64,000 nt of DNA from Camelus dromedarius (GCF_036321535.1 NC_087436.1:23376001-23440000); one strand, 5' to 3'; shown: positions 27,318-40,705, numbered from the stretch's first letter. The notes: generated by a model from the letters alone, not told the origin. Made by a program: numbers and translations.

Positions 27318-27912
27318 TGTGGGTTCTGACCGGCAGAAGTCCCAAGACGGAATGAATTGCTGGAGGCTCTGGAAAGTCAAGAGAGCTAGAGGGACTCAGG
27401 GACCAACTCCACAAGCCTCTCAAATGCTCTCACATTTATTGTGTACAATCAAAGGAAAAATCACTAACAGTTGTGTGATGGAATGCAGGAATTTAGGGAA
27501 AGACAGGATGGGATAAAGATTGTAGAATCCACAATGAGTACAAAGGCTTAATTTATCTTCAGGGAAGTCATGGGGAGAGGGGAACAAGATACATTCTTTA
27601 GATATGTGAATTACAAAGCAGACCATCAGACCAGCCAGTTCCTTGTTTTGGGGATAACAGATTTAAACAGCAAGCACGCCCAGCATTTATAGCTGAGGGC
27701 CTGGGCCTTTGCTTTCCTACGGGCAGAGTGCTATCTAAAACCTCAACTATACACACAAGGCATCATTGTTTCTACTTTTTAAGGCCAGGAGACAGGAGTG
27801 TGGAGGCATAGGTGCCTGCTAGTAAAGCAGTTACTAAGCACATTTGTTCTTCTTAAGGTGACAAGCGGCTGGAGTCTGTTACAATTTGTTAACCCAACCA
27901 TGGGCTCCCACG
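27318..27912 (-). mobile_element. Solo ERV LTR (about 600 bp)
   Basis: Inverted termini TGTGGG...CCCACG; minus-strand TATAAA (27691-27686) upstream of AATAAA (27440-27435). Confidence 0.6.
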
Positions 27913-28815
27913 GTGTTATGTTCTTAGTTAGCTAAGAGGGTTTTTTTTGTGTGTGTCTGTGTGTGATTGGGTGTTGGATTTTGTAAATAGCTTTTTTTGC
28001 ATTTTGAGATAACCGTTGGGTTTTCTCCTTTATTTTCTTGGTGTGGTGGATGGACTACACTGATTTTCTAATGTTGGACTAACCTTGCAATCCACTTGGT
28101 CAACAAGTATTGTCCTTTTTATATTTGCTAGGTTCTGATTGCATGTTTTTTCTGTCAGATTTATTGAAGTATAATTTTTGTACAGTTAAATCCATCTATT
28201 TTAGATATACAGTTCTGTGAATTTTGACAGATATGTACAGTGATGTAACTACTACTACAATCATGATATAGAATATTTCCATCAGTCCAAAAAGGTCTCT
28301 CATATCCTTTTGTCATCAATTCCCTCCTTCCACCCTCATCTGGAAACTACTGATGTGATTTCTGTCCCTTATAGCTTTGCCTTTTCAAAAATACCGTATA
28401 AAATGGAATCTTACGGTATAGCTTTTGTTTCTGGTTTCTTTCACTCAGAATAATGCTTTCTGAGATTTATCCATTTTTATTTTGCTTGTGTCAGCAATTA
28501 GTTTTGTTTTATTGCTGAGTGGTGTTCCATTGTAGGAATGTATCATAATTTGTTTATCCATTCACATGTTGATGGAAGTTTTAGTTGTTTCCAGTTTGGG
28601 GCAATTATGAATAGAGCTGTTACAAACATTTGTGGACAAGGCTTATGGGGACATAATTTTTCCTTTTTCTTAGGTAAATGCCTAGGAGTGCGATTGTATA
28701 GTAAGTGTGTTTAAATTTATAAGAAACTGCCAAACCTTACCAAAGGGCTGAATGATTTTGCATTCCTACCATTATATCAGTTCCACATGTTATACAGTAA
28801 CAGCATTATCTGTTT

Positions 28816-29104
28816 TTTTAATTGGGATATAATTGACATAGAACATTGTATTAGTTTATTGTGTAATGTAATGATTTGATATATGTAGTTATTGCAAAAT
28901 GATCACTACCATAAATTTAGTTAACATCCATCACTTCACATAGTTACAGGTTTTTTCTTGTGATAAGAACTTGCAAGGTCCACCCTTTTAGCAACTTTCA
29001 AATATGCAGTACAGTATTGTGAACTGCAGTCACCATGCTGTGCGTTATATCCCCTGGACTTACTTACCTTATAACCGGAAGTTTGTACCTTTTGACCTTT
29101 TGGT
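28816..29104 (-). mobile_element. L1MA9-like 3' end nested in an older L1
   Basis: Typical L1MA 3' text; 11-bp TSD ATTATCTGTTT at 28805-28815 and 29105-29115. Confidence 0.8.
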
Positions 29105-29332
29105 ATTATCTGTTTCTGTTTTTCTTTGGCTATTCTAAAAGGTTTATAATGGTATCTAGTTGTAGTTTTGATTTGCATTTTCCTAATGACTAATCACTAA
29201 TTTCCTTGATTTTCATTTACTTGCCACTCATATCACTTTCTTTGGAGAAATGTCTTTTCAATTTTTTTGGCCCATGTTTTAATTGGGTTATTTTTTATAT
29301 TGAGTTATGAATGTTATTCTAAATACAGGTAT

Positions 29333-30378
29333 TGTATTAGTTATCAAATTTGTGTAACAAATTACCCCAAAATTTAGCGGCTTAAAACCACATTTATTAT
29401 CTCAAAGTTTCCGTGATTCAGCATTCTGAGTGCAGCTTGGCTGAGTCTTCTGGCTCTGGGTCTCTTAGGCTTCAATTAAGATGTCAGCTGGGACTGTAGT
29501 CATCTAAGGGCTCAAGTGGGAATGGATCCATTTTCAACCTCACTCAAGTGGGTGCTGGTAAGATTCAGTCTCACAAGAAACTGAATTGTTGTTGGACTGA
29601 GGGCCTCAATTCTTTGCTAGATGTTGGTCAGAGTCATCCCTTGGTTCCTTGCAATCTAGCCCTCTCCATGGAGTATCTCACAATATGGTAGCTGTCTTCA
29701 AAGGAAGCAAAGGGAGGGGAAGGGAGGGAGAAGAGAGTGCGAAGAAGATAGAAGTGACAATCTATACTGGATCAACACTGTCCTCCCAAAATCCATGCCT
29801 ACCCATACCTGTAATTGTGACTTTATTGGGAATTAGGATTTTTGCAGATGTAATCAAGTTAAGATGACGTAAGACTGGATTAGGGTAGGCCCTAAATGCA
29901 AGATAACTAGTGTCCTTTTAAGAAGAGGGAAATTTGGACACAAACATATAGGAAGAACACCATGTGACAGCTGAGGCAGAAATTGCAGTGATGCATCTAC
30001 AAGCTAGGGAATGCCAAAGGTTGTCAGCAGCCACCAGAAGTAAAGAAGCAGCAAGGAAAGATCCTGCCCTAAAACTTTTAGAGAGAGCCTGTCCCTGCCA
30101 AAAACTTTGATTTCTGATTTCTAGTCTCCAGAATTGTGAGATAATAAAATTCTGTCATTTTAGATCACCCATATTGTATTTTGTCACAGCAGCCAAGGGA
30201 AACTAATATATAATCTTTTATAACTTACTCTTGAAAGTAACATCCCATTACTAATTTCTGTTCATTAAATAGCAAGTTATTAGGTCACACTCACTCTTAA
30301 GGAGAGGGGATTACACGTGGGCGCATGGGTACCAGGAAGCAGGATCATTGGAAACCATTTCAGAAGCTGCTTACCTCA
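29333..30378 (-). mobile_element. MLT1-family LTR split by a second MLT1 insertion
   Basis: tgtattagttatc...gtaacaaattaccccaaaatttagcggcttaaaac; resumes at about 30211. Confidence 0.7.
29763..30210 (+). mobile_element. MLT1C/D-like LTR
   Basis: ttttgcagatgtaatcaagttaagatga...ggattagggtaggccctaaa...cctgcc...ctccagaattgtgagataataaa; flanks caatc/taatc. Confidence 0.8.
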
Positions 30379-33300
30379 GTCCGAGATGACTACAGTACTG
30401 GCCAGTGCCTTGATTGCAACCTGCCAGAGTCCCTGAGCAGAGGACCCAGAGCGGTAACCAGATTTTGCAATACAGAAACTGCGATAGTAAATGTTACTTT
30501 TTAAGCCCCTAAGTTTTGGAGTGATTTGTTATGCAGCAATAGTCAGTAAATACAGATACGCAGTATGCAGGTACTTCATCTCGCTCTGTTACTTGTCTTA
30601 ATTTTCTTAATAGAGGAAGTTTTAAATTTTTATGAAGTCTAGTTTGTCAGTGTTTGTCTTTGATGTTTTATGCTTTTATGCATCTTACTAAGAAGTCTTC
30701 CTAAATGTGACAAAGATTTTTTTTTTGTTTTCTAGAGAAATAATTTTGACTAAAGCTCTGTTCTGAGTTGTTATATGTAGTGTGAGGTATAAATCAAGAT
30801 TAATTTTAAAAATATGAATGTCTAATTGTTCCAACATCTCTTATTATCTATTTAATGTCTGTGATTGTCTGTATTGATGTCTTTCATTTCCGATATGGTA
30901 GTGTTTTTTCTTGAATTGCTTAGCTAAAGGTTTATCAATTTTATTGATCTTTTTGGAGAACCCCTCTATTGGCCTTTTTGTGTTTCGTTATTTCCTTCTT
31001 CTTCTTACTGTGGACTTAATTTACTTCTGTTTTCTGCCTTATTAAGGTGGTAAATCATTTCTGATTGAAGCAGCTGTAAATTTTCTCTAAGCATTGCTTT
31101 AACTATACTATATAAATATATGTTATTTATGAGAACATTGAGTTCATACTGTTTTCCAATTTCCTTAGTGATTTCCTCTTTGATTCATGTATTTTTAAAT
31201 ATATTGCTTTGTCAGTTATTTATGGATTTTCCAGATATGATTTTCATTTTGACTCCCAATATAATTCTGTTGTGGTCAGAAAACATTCACAAATGTCAGT
31301 TACATCAGATTGCTTGAAAAGCTTTTATATTCTTAATGATTTTCAGTCTATTCTCTTACTGAGAGAAGAGAATTAAAATCCTCAACTATGTGGATTTGTC
31401 TTTATCTCCTTTGAGTTCTGTTAGTTTTTGTTTCATGTGTTTTGAAGATCTATTACTGGATCAATTCAAAGTATTTCATGACCTCTTGAAGACTGACCTT
31501 TTTATTATTATAAAATATCCTTCTGTTATAAACTCTCATACTGCTCTGTCTTGAAGTCTACTTGGTCTCATATTAAATCAGCACTCTCATTTTCTTTTAA
31601 ACCTTGTTTCCATTGAACAGTATTTTGCATTGTTTACCAGTAACCTATATATATGCCTTTATTTTTCAAGTGATTTTCTTGTAGGCAACTGCATTTGGGT
31701 CTTGCTTTTTAATTGGAGTGTTTTAAACCATCTGCATTTAATGTACTTACTGATATGGTTGGTTGTAAACCTACCATCTCATTACTTGTTTTTTGTTTGT
31801 CCTATATATTCTGTGGTCTTCTATAAATTTTTTTCCTTTTTTTATATTGAGTTATTTTATTTTATTTGAGTCTTCTATTTTTTCTTCTCTATTGGTTTAT
31901 TGGCTTTTCTTCTGTGGTTTGTTATTTTAGTGGTTGCTCTTGGGTTTACAATATACATCTTAAACTTATTTCAATCTACTCTCAAATCATTATGCCACTT
32001 TATGTCTATGTTAATAGTATGAGTCTTATGTTTTCTCCCTTCCATCCTTTGTGCTGTTATCATGCACAGTAAATATATATGAAGACCACACATATTTATT
32101 CTTCAGTATCTTTTAATCTGAAAGTTATGAGGGGAAAAGTCCTTTTATTTACCCACATATGTATCATTTCTGGTACTCTCCTTTTGTGTAGGTAGAAATT
32201 CCCATCTGTTATTTTCTTTCTGCCTGATAAACTTGTCTTAACATATTGTAGTGCATGTCTGCTGTCATTGCATTCTCTCAACTTATTTTTCTGAAAATTT
32301 CTTTATTTTGCCTTCATTTCTGAAGGATTTTTCACCATGGGAAATAGATTGATAGTTATTTTGCAATAGCCAATCCTTGTCACGAGGCTCACACTGATTC
32401 CGATGAGAAGTCATTTGTTATTCTCATCCGTATTCTCCTTTACCTGATATGTCATTTTATCTCTTTGGTTTTAAGATTTATTTTTATTATTACTAGTTTC
32501 ACCAGTTTGATTTTGTTGTGCCTTGGTGTCATTTTGTGTGTGTGTGTGTTTGTCTTGCTTTGGGTTCTTTTAGTTTTTTGGAATATGGTTTTATAGTTTG
32601 TATTGATGGGTAATATTTGACCATTATTTCATTAAATATTTATATATGCCTACCCATCCCTTTTTTGGACGCACCTTAAATGTATGTTAGGCTGCTTAAC
32701 ATTTGTGCTGCAAGTCACTGAGGTTGTATTTATTTTTTATACCAGTTTTTCTCTGTGCTTATTTTGGGAAGTGTCTATTTGTATTTCTTCAAATTTTTCT
32801 TGTTTGTAAACATTGGGATTACCACCTATTCAGAACATAGACTGTTGCTCCTGGATAACCAGAAGTGTTAACTTGTTAACTCTTGTAGATGAAGAGGGGT
32901 AATGATTAGCAATGAAAATGTCTTTGCCTTCAGGAAAATAATATAATAGGAAAGTAACTTGTGCTAGGAATAATAATACTTTTTTTAAAAATTAATAAAC
33001 CACTTATTAATGCAGAATTTCCATGAATTCATACTATCAGAAAAGGTAGGATGCAGTCCCTCCATATGGGCTTTCTAACATTGCTTCGTATTTGTTTGCC
33101 CATAAAGGGTAAGGCTGGGAAATAAGTTTGTCCTTGAATGAGAGAAACTGCATAACAACCTCAATCTGGTTGGTGATATGTGTCAGAATTTGTTTTCTGA
33201 AGTGCTGAAAGAAATGTGCCTTTAAATTTTAAACTCTACTTACTTTGAGCCCTCAGAGACTTTAAGATAACATTGATATCAGGCAAATACAAGTCTTTAT

Positions 33301-33544
33301 ATATAAAGAGTTGATTATTTCAGTTTGTTACTCAGTCTTTACATATAGAGTTGATTATTTCAGTTTGGTATTCAACTTTTGTTTGGAACATCATGATGTA
33401 AATTCTTGTTTAAAATTTCCGCTTTTCTATAAAGATGAAAATTGTATTAGTAATTCCATTTTGTACTTACTATGACTATGTTTATATACTTCAGAATTTA
33501 CTAAGTATTATTTTTAAATGAAAATATGAAAAATTACTAGAATT

Positions 33545-34255
33545 AAATATGGAGAGTTTTTAAAAAATAACTTTGGAGTAGGGAAGACCTTTCCAAATAT
33601 GACAAAATTGAAGAACCACAAAGAAAAATATTAATACATTCCAAATACATGAAAATACGTTTTTTTATATAGCAAAAAACCCCACCATAAACTACATAAA
33701 AAATACATGAGAAACTCGAAAAAAAATTTCAATTCATGTAGCTGACCACTAATTTCTTACTGATTTCTAATATATTCCAGGATATTAATTATAGCATTAT
33801 TTGTAATAGTAAGATTTTAAACACTAAATGTCCTCAAGAATAGATACATTAAATAAATTATGGTATATTCACAAAATAAAAAACTATGCAACTGTTAAGA
33901 AGAATGAAGTAGATTTATATTTTTATAAAATAGAGTGCCTAGATCAGTGTTGACACGTAGTAGGCATCCCATGTATGTTTGTTGAAGATTGAGTTTTTAA
34001 ATAAACGAAAGCAAGATCTAACATACTCTGTATAGAATGCTATCATTTATGTAAATTGTATAAATCATTTTTGTAAAAAAAAATATACATACACATAAGT
34101 GCTTGTATGAATAGAGCATAACAGGAAATTTATACAAAATGTATAGCAGAAGATTTAGGTAGATGAGAGATGGGGGAGGTAGTAGGCACAAAGACAGAAG
34201 GGTCAGAAATATGTTTTGGTACCTTCTGAATTTTGTAATGTGCATTTTTAAACAG
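33545..34255 (+). mobile_element. Old L1ME-type fragments
   Basis: agcattatttgtaatagt...aaataaattatggtatattcac. Confidence 0.6.
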
Positions 34256-34296
34256 TTCAAATAATTAATAATTAGCATGGAATATTGTATTTATAG

Positions 34297-34410
34297 GGAT
34301 GAAAGTGAACCTGCCCAAATAGAAGATTCAAGTGTTGTTAAACCTGATGGCTGGCTTGATGATGAACCAAAATTTATTCCAGATCCTAATGCTGAAAAAC
34401 CTGAGGATTG
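34297..34410 (+). CDS. CLGN: Calmegin exon 9 ([38 protein letters not shown])
   Basis: tttatag| ... TG|gtaagc; 114 nt. Confidence 0.96.
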
Positions 34411-34532
34411 GTAAGCATTCTTCATATTCAAATGTCAATTTCATGTTTCTTACTTGCTTTTTTGTTCCTAGTTTACATGACTGACAGGAGAGACTTGAGG
34501 TTACTATATTTGCTTTGTTCTAATATCCTAAG

Positions 34533-34683
34533 GAATGAAGACATGGATGGAGAATGGGAAGCACCTCGTATTTCTAATCCAGCCTGTCGGATTGGGTGTG
34601 GTGAGTGGCACCCTCCCATGATAGATAACCCAAAATACAAAGGAATATGGAGACCTCCAATGATAGATAACCCAAACTACCAG
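34533..34683 (+). CDS. CLGN: Calmegin exon 10 ([50 protein letters not shown])
   Basis: cctaag| ... CAG|gtagta; 151 nt; P-domain type-2 repeats. Confidence 0.96.
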
Positions 34684-35279
34684 GTAGTAACCACTTGTTC
34701 CAATCCCACAGTAAAGTTTAAAATGTTGTGCTATTTGTATTACATGTCTAGTTATTGGTAATGTTATATTAACTTTTAGGAATTTGATTTGTAATAGTGT
34801 GCCTTAGCTATCTTAAGACGTCAAAGAAAAGAGACTTCAATTAATTTATATTTAAAAAGTAAAAGTAAAAAAAAAAAGTAAAGCATTCTTTATTTAATTT
34901 TCTGGTGGAATAAAATGAAGAACTAAAGATCAGTCACTTTATACTATATTTTTCCCTAGTAATCAACTGATGATCACTTTGGAATCAATTTTATTTTAGA
35001 ATTAAATATAAGAAATGAGTTCTGATCAAGAGAACTCATATTATACATTTTAGTAATTAAAATCTGTGCTTAATGTGCTCCTTACTTTCTGGTGTTATTA
35101 AAATTGTTTTTTTCGTAATATAAATGAGATATTTCTTCAGTATACCTAGTTTTGGGGGTAGAAATCCTTACATTATCCATTTAACCCTGTAGATTTATCT
35201 AATTAGTCATTGACATTTTCTAACATTTATTTTATATGTACAGTTGTATATTCTAATGGCTCATTGTAGTTCTTCTTCA

Positions 35280-35460
35280 TAGCATTTATCACAAAATGCT
35301 TATTTTAGTAACTTTTTTGTTTAACATCTGTCTCTGTCTTTAGACTTTAAACACCATAATGCAGGGACCATGTTTGCCTTGATTATCACTGTATTCTAGC
35401 ATCTGGCATAGTGCTTAGCACAGAATAGATATATATGATGGCAGAATGAATCAGTGAGTG
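35280..35460 (+). mobile_element. L2 3' end
   Basis: gcagggaccatgtttgccttg...tggcatagtgcttagcacag...gaatgaat. Confidence 0.7.
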
Positions 35461-35974
35461 ATCCTATCGTCCAGTTTGATTTGGTTAAATTTAATCACGT
35501 AAGATCTAATGGAACTTATGTGTTAAATAATTGTTTTGAGATTCAACTATGATTGACTATTGATGCCTATCATGGATATATGTTAAAAGGCACAGTTCCA
35601 TATAGTGATCTCTCTGGTTTGAACAGTTTTAATGACATCTTGCCTTCAATATCTTTACTAAATGTGAAAAAAAATTATCTGAAATAGTGTCACTTGTGAA
35701 ATTTCTGAAGCTTCTGTGTGTGTTGGATTTTCACTCTGCCTCTTTTTTTTCCCCCAGAGTTTAAAGTCAGTGTTATTCATAGGGAACATCATGTACAGGA
35801 TAGGAAGAAACAAGATTTTACTTCCAGTGAATTTGTAATGAATTAATTATGAGTTTAAGTTTTCTTTTTTCCCAGTTAGTGTTGCTAATTTCATTCAACA
35901 GCAGCTCTTCTTGAGGAACATTTATAATGAAATTATTTTATTTGAAAATATCTTTAAATTATTTTTTCTTCCAG

Positions 35975-36190
35975 GGTGTCTGGAGTCCTCGAAAAATTCC
36001 TAATCCAGATTATTTTGAAGATGATCATCCATTTCTTCTGACTTCTTTCTGTGCTCTTGGTTTAGAGCTTTGGTCTATGACCTCTGATATCTACTTTGAT
36101 AATTTTATTATCTGTTCAGAAAAGGAAGTAGCAGATCGCTGGGCTGCAGATGGTTGGGGAGTGAAAATAATGGCAGAAAATGCTAATGAG
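35975..36190 (+). CDS. CLGN: Calmegin exon 11 ([16 protein letters not shown]...ENANE)
   Basis: cttccag| ... GAG|gtatag; 216 nt. Confidence 0.97.
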
Positions 36191-37276
36191 GTATAGTATT
36201 CACCATATAATAACAATAGGACTTGGTCCTGGTTATAGGTTATACAAATGGCCTTAAAGGTAAATAAATGTGCAATAATTACTAAATGCTAAAGAAACAT
36301 ATTTAAATAAATTTATGTAGGCAGAATATTTAGCTTTACCAAATTATGATATAACTTCATTATAAACTAGGTAATGAATGTAAGTCTTTGTTTCATTTAT
36401 TAAAATATGATAGCATAATGGGATTTAATGCCTTTTGGTGTTTATAGAAATGAGACTCCTTAGTATCTTTGTCACCTTGTCAATTCAAGGCCTAAGTGAG
36501 AACAGTAACCTAAATATTCTTTATTCATTTTAACTACTTTTCACTTAGAGTGCAGAAACTTTTTAAATTTAATATTATTTAATTATGCTCTAGTTTCAAA
36601 TTTTAACACTACTTAGAAAAGATTAAGCTAAATATTTCTACACAATGCACCTTGGAGAATATAACTTTAAAACTCATTACTATAAAGAAAAATTCATACC
36701 TTATATTTGGTTTCTTTGGATATTAGCAAAAACCATCAAAAGAGTAAGTAAAGGTAAGGGAATTCTAATTTAACTAAAAGATTTAATGATTTTAGTTTTA
36801 TTTTAATAAGAGAAACAGTTTCCTTCCTGAAGGTTGTGTACAAAATTTGTTAACAAGAAAATGAAAACACAGTAATTCTCAGGTTGATTTTTTTAAAGTA
36901 AGTCCTTTAAAGTGCAGAATGAGTTATCAGAGAGTTGTATAGTTCTAAATGAACCAGATAAAACATCCATAAAGAGTAGTTCTATTGTGAACCTTACCAA
37001 AAAAGAGAATTGTCCTAATTCTTGCTGGTAGGTTAGCAATATCCACCTATGTAGTATAACATACCTCCTACTATAAAGTGTCAAGCAGTGATGCATGCAA
37101 ATAATTAAAGATTGTTTAAAATTTATGAAGTATAAGACAGGAAAATATTTTTAGCTTACAAATTCATGACTGCTTAATATAAAACATCTAGGTGAAATTC
37201 TTGTTTTTGTAAGTTGTATTTCTGATTGAAGGTTTATAAAATCTGAATTGCATTTTTGTGCTTGTTTCTTCTTTAG

Positions 37277-37402
37277 CCTACCGTGTTTAAACAGTTGATG
37301 GCAGCTACTGAAGATCGCCCATGGCTTTGGCTCATTTATCTTGTGACAGCAGGGCTTCCAGTGGCATTAATTACTTTATTTTGTTGGCCAAGAAAAGTAA
37401 AG
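37277..37402 (+). CDS. CLGN: Calmegin exon 12 (transmembrane segment [22 protein letters not shown])
   Basis: tctttag| ... AAG|gtaaag; 126 nt. Confidence 0.96.
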
Positions 37403-37608
37403 GTAAAGAAAATGAATTTCCTTCAACATTAAAAAAAAAAATGTCTTAGTGTTTAGGAGTTCTGTGAATAGAGCAGGTAGTTCTTAAAAGTAATAAATTG
37501 CCTGTAAGCTTTTACTGATAGTTCACTGTATATGGTATCAGTTATTGCAAAAACTTTTTTAGTAGTGCTTTGCTTTTAGTAAGAATAGCTTGTGTTAAAT
37601 TGCCATAG

Positions 37609-37768
37609 AAAAAATATGAAGATGCGGAGTTCAAAAAAACTGACATATGTAAACAACAAACAAAGGGAGCACTAGAGCAAGAAGTGAAGGAAGAGAAAGC
37701 AGCCCTGGAGAAACCAGTAGACTTGGAAGAGGAAAAAAAGGAAAGTGATGGTGAAATTCTTGAAAAAG
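37609..37768 (+). CDS. CLGN: Calmegin exon 13 (cytosolic tail [10 protein letters not shown]...GEILEK)
   Basis: gccatag| ... G|gtaaga; 160 nt. Confidence 0.95.
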
Positions 37769-38484
37769 GTAAGATGATGATGGTGATTTATAATGGCTAC
37801 CCTGGGCAAAGCTCATTAAAAATAGTAGATTGTCTGGTAAACCCTAGTCGTCACACTTGTTTATTGTCATATTTATACCATCGGAATCCCCAAGAATGCG
37901 TGACTATGGCAAAGAGGATCCTTGCCTGGATTGGTCCTGAGCAGGCATCCTACATATGATTTTTGTCTTCTAAGGAGAAAGAATTGTAAAAATTACTCAG
38001 TTGCTTCAGAGCCTAGCAACTATGAATCTCATATGACATAGCTTTTTGCAAAGATTTTTCTTGCCTCCAAGAATGTAGTTTAGGTGGGAGGTGCAGACTA
38101 GACCATGGCTTCTGTAGAGGAGTAATCAGTTTAAGGAAGGTGATTGCAACAGAGTCCACACCAAGTCTTCCAACTGCTGTTGTTTATCAGATAGTTTATC
38201 ATATTGAACAAATAGTACTGTCTTTTGAAAGGATTGCTGAATCATGTCTGCTTCCCATCTTCTATTAAATTCCAGAAGATGTTAAAACTGAAGAACTGAG
38301 GCTTTTTGGTGACTCCATTGAGACCTCCTTATACACATTTAGGTAGCAGTAAAACTATTGATGTTTGCTAGATATCACAAGCCAAGTTCCAGATTCAGCC
38401 CTTTAAAACTTAAATTATATCTTGAGCACTATTTTTAACTCAATAGTTGATGAAACAATTGACTTAGAAAAAATACTGATTCAC

Positions 38485-38549
38485 AACACACACATACATA
38501 TTTACATATATATGCGTATACATATACACATACACATACGTATATATAT
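38485..38549. repeat. Imperfect (CA)/(TA) microsatellite
   Basis: acacacacatacatatttacatatatatgcgtatacatatacac. Confidence 0.8.
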
Positions 38550-38800
38550 TCTTTGGTTTTCATTCTGCATACAGATTGAATGCCTTAAAATTTTCTAATT
38601 CTGTCCCTTTCCTCAGATATGATTTGTTTATAAAATGTGGTTAAATAGTGAGTATTTGTATTTCATTTAAAAACATTTCTAATGGAAATTGCTTTTAAAT
38701 ATTGGAATTTAAATGCATCCCCTGACTTTTATGTAATACTTTTCAGTAGCAAAATGCTAATTCATCAAGTCTTTGCCTTTAATAAAAATCTGTGTTCTAG

Positions 38801-38901
38801 AAGAGGAAGGTGAACCTGAGGAAAAGAGTGACGAAGAAATTGAAATCATAGAAGGACGAGAAGAAGGTAATAAATCAAATAAGTCTGGATCAGAGGATGA
38901 G
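38801..38901 (+). CDS. CLGN: Calmegin exon 14 (acidic tail [13 protein letters not shown]...SGSEDE)
   Basis: gttctag| ... GAG|gtaagc; 101 nt. Confidence 0.95.
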
Positions 38902-40705
38902 GTAAGCCACTCTTTAACAGAAAATAAACTAGTTTTCTATGTATGATTGTTAATCCATAAAAAATTATTTCAATAAAAGCAGCAATCTGGTTTGTGATGA
39001 ATTTTTTGCTGTATTTCTCCCAGCTTTCTTTAGAGTGCCCATATTGTTTTAAAATCTATCAATAAGGAAAGCATGAAAATACTATGTTATATCATCTTAA
39101 TGCCTGATGAAACAGTGTAAAGTAAGTTTACACTATAGTTTACAAAATATAAAGAGATCTGTGTCTGTGAAAAAATTATGATTATCATTAAAGTGTTGTG
39201 TTGAAAGGTATAATAAGCAGACCATCTGAATTTTTAAGGTAATTCTGTTTATTACAAGACAATTTTATTTATAACCATTGTGAAAACATTCTCATTGTCT
39301 CAGTAACTTACTTTCAAAAGATTTCATTCATTGGGTAGTTGAGTACTATCTACTTGATAATGGTGTTTTTCTCAAATCTTTAGTAAACTAGTTTTCTCAT
39401 TAACTTGGTATGTCTGCCCCTTTTTCCATTCTGAGGTATAGTAGGACTTTCTACAGTGCCTCTTTTTTAAGTTGGATATTATGGAATCAGAAACTATTCA
39501 GGATATAATTCAGAACCAGAGCTTCCTTTTTTTTACCCAGAATATACCCACAAAAGCCCATTTTCTCTACCCTTCTAGCCCTGTAAGTACTTTATAATCT
39601 TACTCTCAGAAGTCACCATCCTCACCACTCTCATAGCTTAGAGTTAGGTAGGGTAAAGATACCCTGGCTTGATGCATGTGATAAAATAAATTTTCTATTT
39701 TGTCTGTTTGAAGAAATCTCCCAAATAAACTTGTTTTATTATTATTGTTCAATTGTTTTCTAAAGTTTATGCAGTACATATACCTGGTTACTGGTTCTAA
39801 GTGCCTTGTGAGATATTTAAATGTGTTTTGTGGATCATTATCTAGTATGAATATCTTTATTTAGAGGGAGTTGGGTGAAGATAATTTTTTCCAGAACAGA
39901 GTTTTAAATAGTCATTGTTTCCTGCTGTCACTGTCTTAATAATAATACTTGGAATCATTCATTGAATGTATACTCTAGTTATATTTTGCTTTATAAAATA
40001 TTTTGTGTATCTTTAAAAATGTCTTAATTCCATCATTTAGCCTTATGTTTTTTAGTCTTTTAGTCTTACATGCTTGTTAGTGACCTAAAATAAATCCATT
40101 TTTATATAATATATAATTATAACTATCTTGTATAATACCTTCATTATTTAATTTTGTTACACAAGTTTTTAATTTATGTCAAAATGATTATTCAAGAAAG
40201 ATAAGAATTAAAGGAAAGAAAAACCCCAAACCATAAATTTGATGTTCCCTTTTCTTCTCTCCTAATTTTTCTCAAAGCACTACATGCCAAAAATTCTGAA
40301 AAAGTCCCGGTAAAACCAGCTCAGCAATTTATTACTTACAGAAACATTGTGATGTATAGTTAACGCTTAATATCCCACAATGAAAATATCATGTAACCTT
40401 TAATTAACTGTGAGATTAGATTAAGTTCTAAATCATAAAATCATGAATTGAGTTGTTAGCATTATTCCTTGTCAGATGCATATTTGACAAGCAGAGTTAC
40501 TCTAAAAATGTAATAAAACCCAAAGATGAACAAATTGAAACATATCAATGTATATACACATTTTTGATCAGTTATTAAGCAAAGGAACATAAAGATAAAG
40601 CATGTGATTATTTGAACATATATTTTAGATAGTAAGAAGTATATTATTTACTACTATTAGTTGCCTACTGTATGGAAATGGACATTTTCATAATTTTTTT
40701 CCTAG

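Larger units (their letters stand above)
26590..32800 (-). mobile_element. Fragmented antisense L1M host interrupted by nested LTRs and younger L1s (CLGN intron 8)
   Basis: T-rich antisense L1 text resumes after each interruption (about 27915, 29100, 30555). Confidence 0.7.
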
